Assembly (NCBI RefSeq): GCF_036321535.1
Contig: NC_087438.1
Coordinates: 5,644,001-5,708,000 of the forward strand
Length of the DNA: 64,000 nt
DNA from: Camelus dromedarius
Taxonomy: Eukaryota
Direction: 5' to 3'
Part shown: positions 62,043 through 64,000 of the stretch, piece after piece
Layout: every line of letters begins with the position of its first letter
Numbering within the stretch: position 1 is the first letter of the stretch
Position numbers and translations under genes: made by a program
The notes under the pieces: model-generated
What the model saw: the letters and a program-made list of their open reading frames with translations, nothing else
Told to the model about the DNA's origin: nothing
Databases searched by the model: none

Positions 62043-62726
62043 CCTCCACATCAGCAGGAAGGCTGTTTTCTCTCTTATCATCGTGGGTCCACTGAGTAGC
62101 ACTTTTAATTTCCTTCTAGAACTCTTCCTTTGCATCCACAACCTGATCACAACTGGACCAGCTGTCCGGCACAAGAGGCCCGGCTTCCAGCCCGACTCAG
62201 ACCCACCAGGCCTTCCTCACGAAGCTTAATCGCGTCTAGCTTTTGCTTTAAAGTGAGAGACGACTGATTCCTGCTTTCACTTGAACACTTAGAGGCGTTT
62301 GTAGGGTTATTAATTGACCTCCTTTCAATATTATTAGTGTCTCAGAGGATAGGGAGGCTGGAGGGGAGGGAGAGAGGGTGGGGAAATGGCCTGTTGGTGG
62401 AGCAGTCAGAACACACACGACATTTATTAAGTTTGCCATCTTATATGGGTGTGGTTCATGGGCCCCCAAACAATTACAATCCCAACACCAAAAATCACCG
62501 ACCACAGATCACCACACAAATGTAATAATAATTTAAAGTTTAAAATACCGTGAGAATTACCAAAATGTGACACAGAGATACGAAGTGAGCAAATGCTGTT
62601 GGAAAAATGGTACCGATAAATTTGCTTGACACAGAGTTACCACAAACCTTTATTTAGTAAAAAATAAAAAAAAAAGCAGTATCTACAAAGGGTAATAAAA
62701 TAAAGCACAGCAGTGAGGCGTGCCTG
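62043..62726 (-). mobile_element. Tigger1 (TcMar) 5' fragment including the start of a dead transposase
   Basis: TIR end ...gaggcgtgcctg followed by TA; reverse strand gives ASKCSSESRNQSSLTLKQKLDAIKLREEG, similar to the recalled Tigger1 transposase N-terminus (MASKCSSERKS..LTLNQKLEMIKLSEEG); start codon lost. Confidence 0.92.
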
Positions 62727-64000
62727 TATAATTTTAATCTTATAATTGCATTTTTGAATATATCAACTTATGTGAGGATTTGGATAAAGATTTTTTTAGA
62801 TAAATTGATATTTTGTTGTACTAGAATATAGTAAAATTTACATGTTTGAGGCTTCTGGTTCATCAAAAATAAATATATTTTCAAATAAGTTTATAAAAAG
62901 TATAATTCAAACATACAAAGCCATACATACATATAGAATCTATCTATATCTATCTCTCTCTCTATCTAATTTTCAGATAAGAGCAAAGCTTAGAGTCTTT
63001 GCTCAGGTGTGACATGTCAAGGGTCCTCCTCTCTGTCCCAAACCCTCCTCTCCTACATGCTCCAGGCTCTCGTCATCTCCCCGTGATAAACATGGTGGCA
63101 ACTCATTGTTGAATGGATTAATCCTAACTCTCATGTCTTTCAGGCGTCTTTGGCTTCCTCATTTTCTCATGAAAAATGACACTGGCCAATGACCATGATA
63201 AGTATTTATCCATATGAAGTATGTACACCACACCATGAAAAGTCAGGAGAGAAACTGACTATGGAAGCAACTGAACTGGATGGAGTGACCCTCAACCCAG
63301 AGACAAGGAAATAAAGGAAGCAAAAGCGATCTTGGGACTTGAAGAAGTAGACCCGGGGCTGTGGGGGTCTCTTTCAACTCCTTCTGTCTCTCTCTGTCTC
63401 TCTCTGGCATTCAGTTTTTTTCCTTCAAGCACAGAAAGAAATTTTCTAGGGTCAAGTGATAAATAGCAAGCTGTAGGAAAAATGAAATATGTGTACATGG
63501 TGACTCATGGCAGGGTAGGCATAGATAAGGCAGAAAAAATGTTGGAGATAAAGAATTTCAGAAATTAGATTTATGTGATTATATGAAAAAAAAAAAATCT
63601 CCCTTGCCATGCTAGAAGAAGAGGAGTCCCAGATAATAGCGAAAACCAAAGCTCACTGGTTCTATTTATTGGCAAAATAAAATACAGCCGGTGTCCCCTT
63701 GAGTGCGATTCATCCCACTGAGGAGAAGGAAGTATGCAGTCTCTGGCCTTTTACGTGCCATCTTCCCCCTACCCTCCTTTTTACTTTATTCTTCCAAACT
63801 AAATTATAAAGCTTAAGGAGGGAAGCAAAAGGGACAAGTTTCAATGCAAAACAAGGATGTTCATCCACTGTGAGTAAATGCAGCATTTACTTAAAACAAA
63901 CTGTTTTAGAGTCACTGTCCCTTCTCCCCGGCCCCAGGAGGAGAGGTCCTCGCAAGGCCCTCCTGAGGGAGCTAGAAAACGGCTTACTACAGCCTGGACT

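Overview
Mammalian non-coding genomic DNA, most likely from a camelid (camel, llama or alpaca), judged from a Vic-1-type tRNA-derived SINE and cetartiodactyl-style L1 3' ends. I find no supportable protein-coding gene, processed pseudogene, RNA gene or non-retroviral viral insertion. The ORF track is explained by L1 remnants, simple repeats and chance ORFs. The window is a layered transposon landscape: about 10 solo LTRs, mostly ERV1-class and most with TG..CA ends and 4-bp TSDs, three of them from one family. It also holds MaLR/ERVL LTRs, young and old L1 fragments in both orientations, L2/MIR relics and DNA transposon fossils (MER20, MER33, MER58, Tigger1). Between these are AT-rich unique tracts that could be enhancers. 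The most interesting signals are: (i) short CpG-rich patches that appear to be old MIR, L2 and Tigger1 relics rewritten by A/T-to-G/C biased substitution, possibly fossil recombination hotspots; (ii) an E-box/MRE-rich minisatellite grown inside an L1; (iii) two perfect 10-bp palindromes, one matching a SoxE dimer site; (iv) a promoter-like motif cluster at about 56.5 kb; (v) clean nested insertions. I found no clearly novel biological system. Repeat family names come from recalled consensus sequences, not from a database search.
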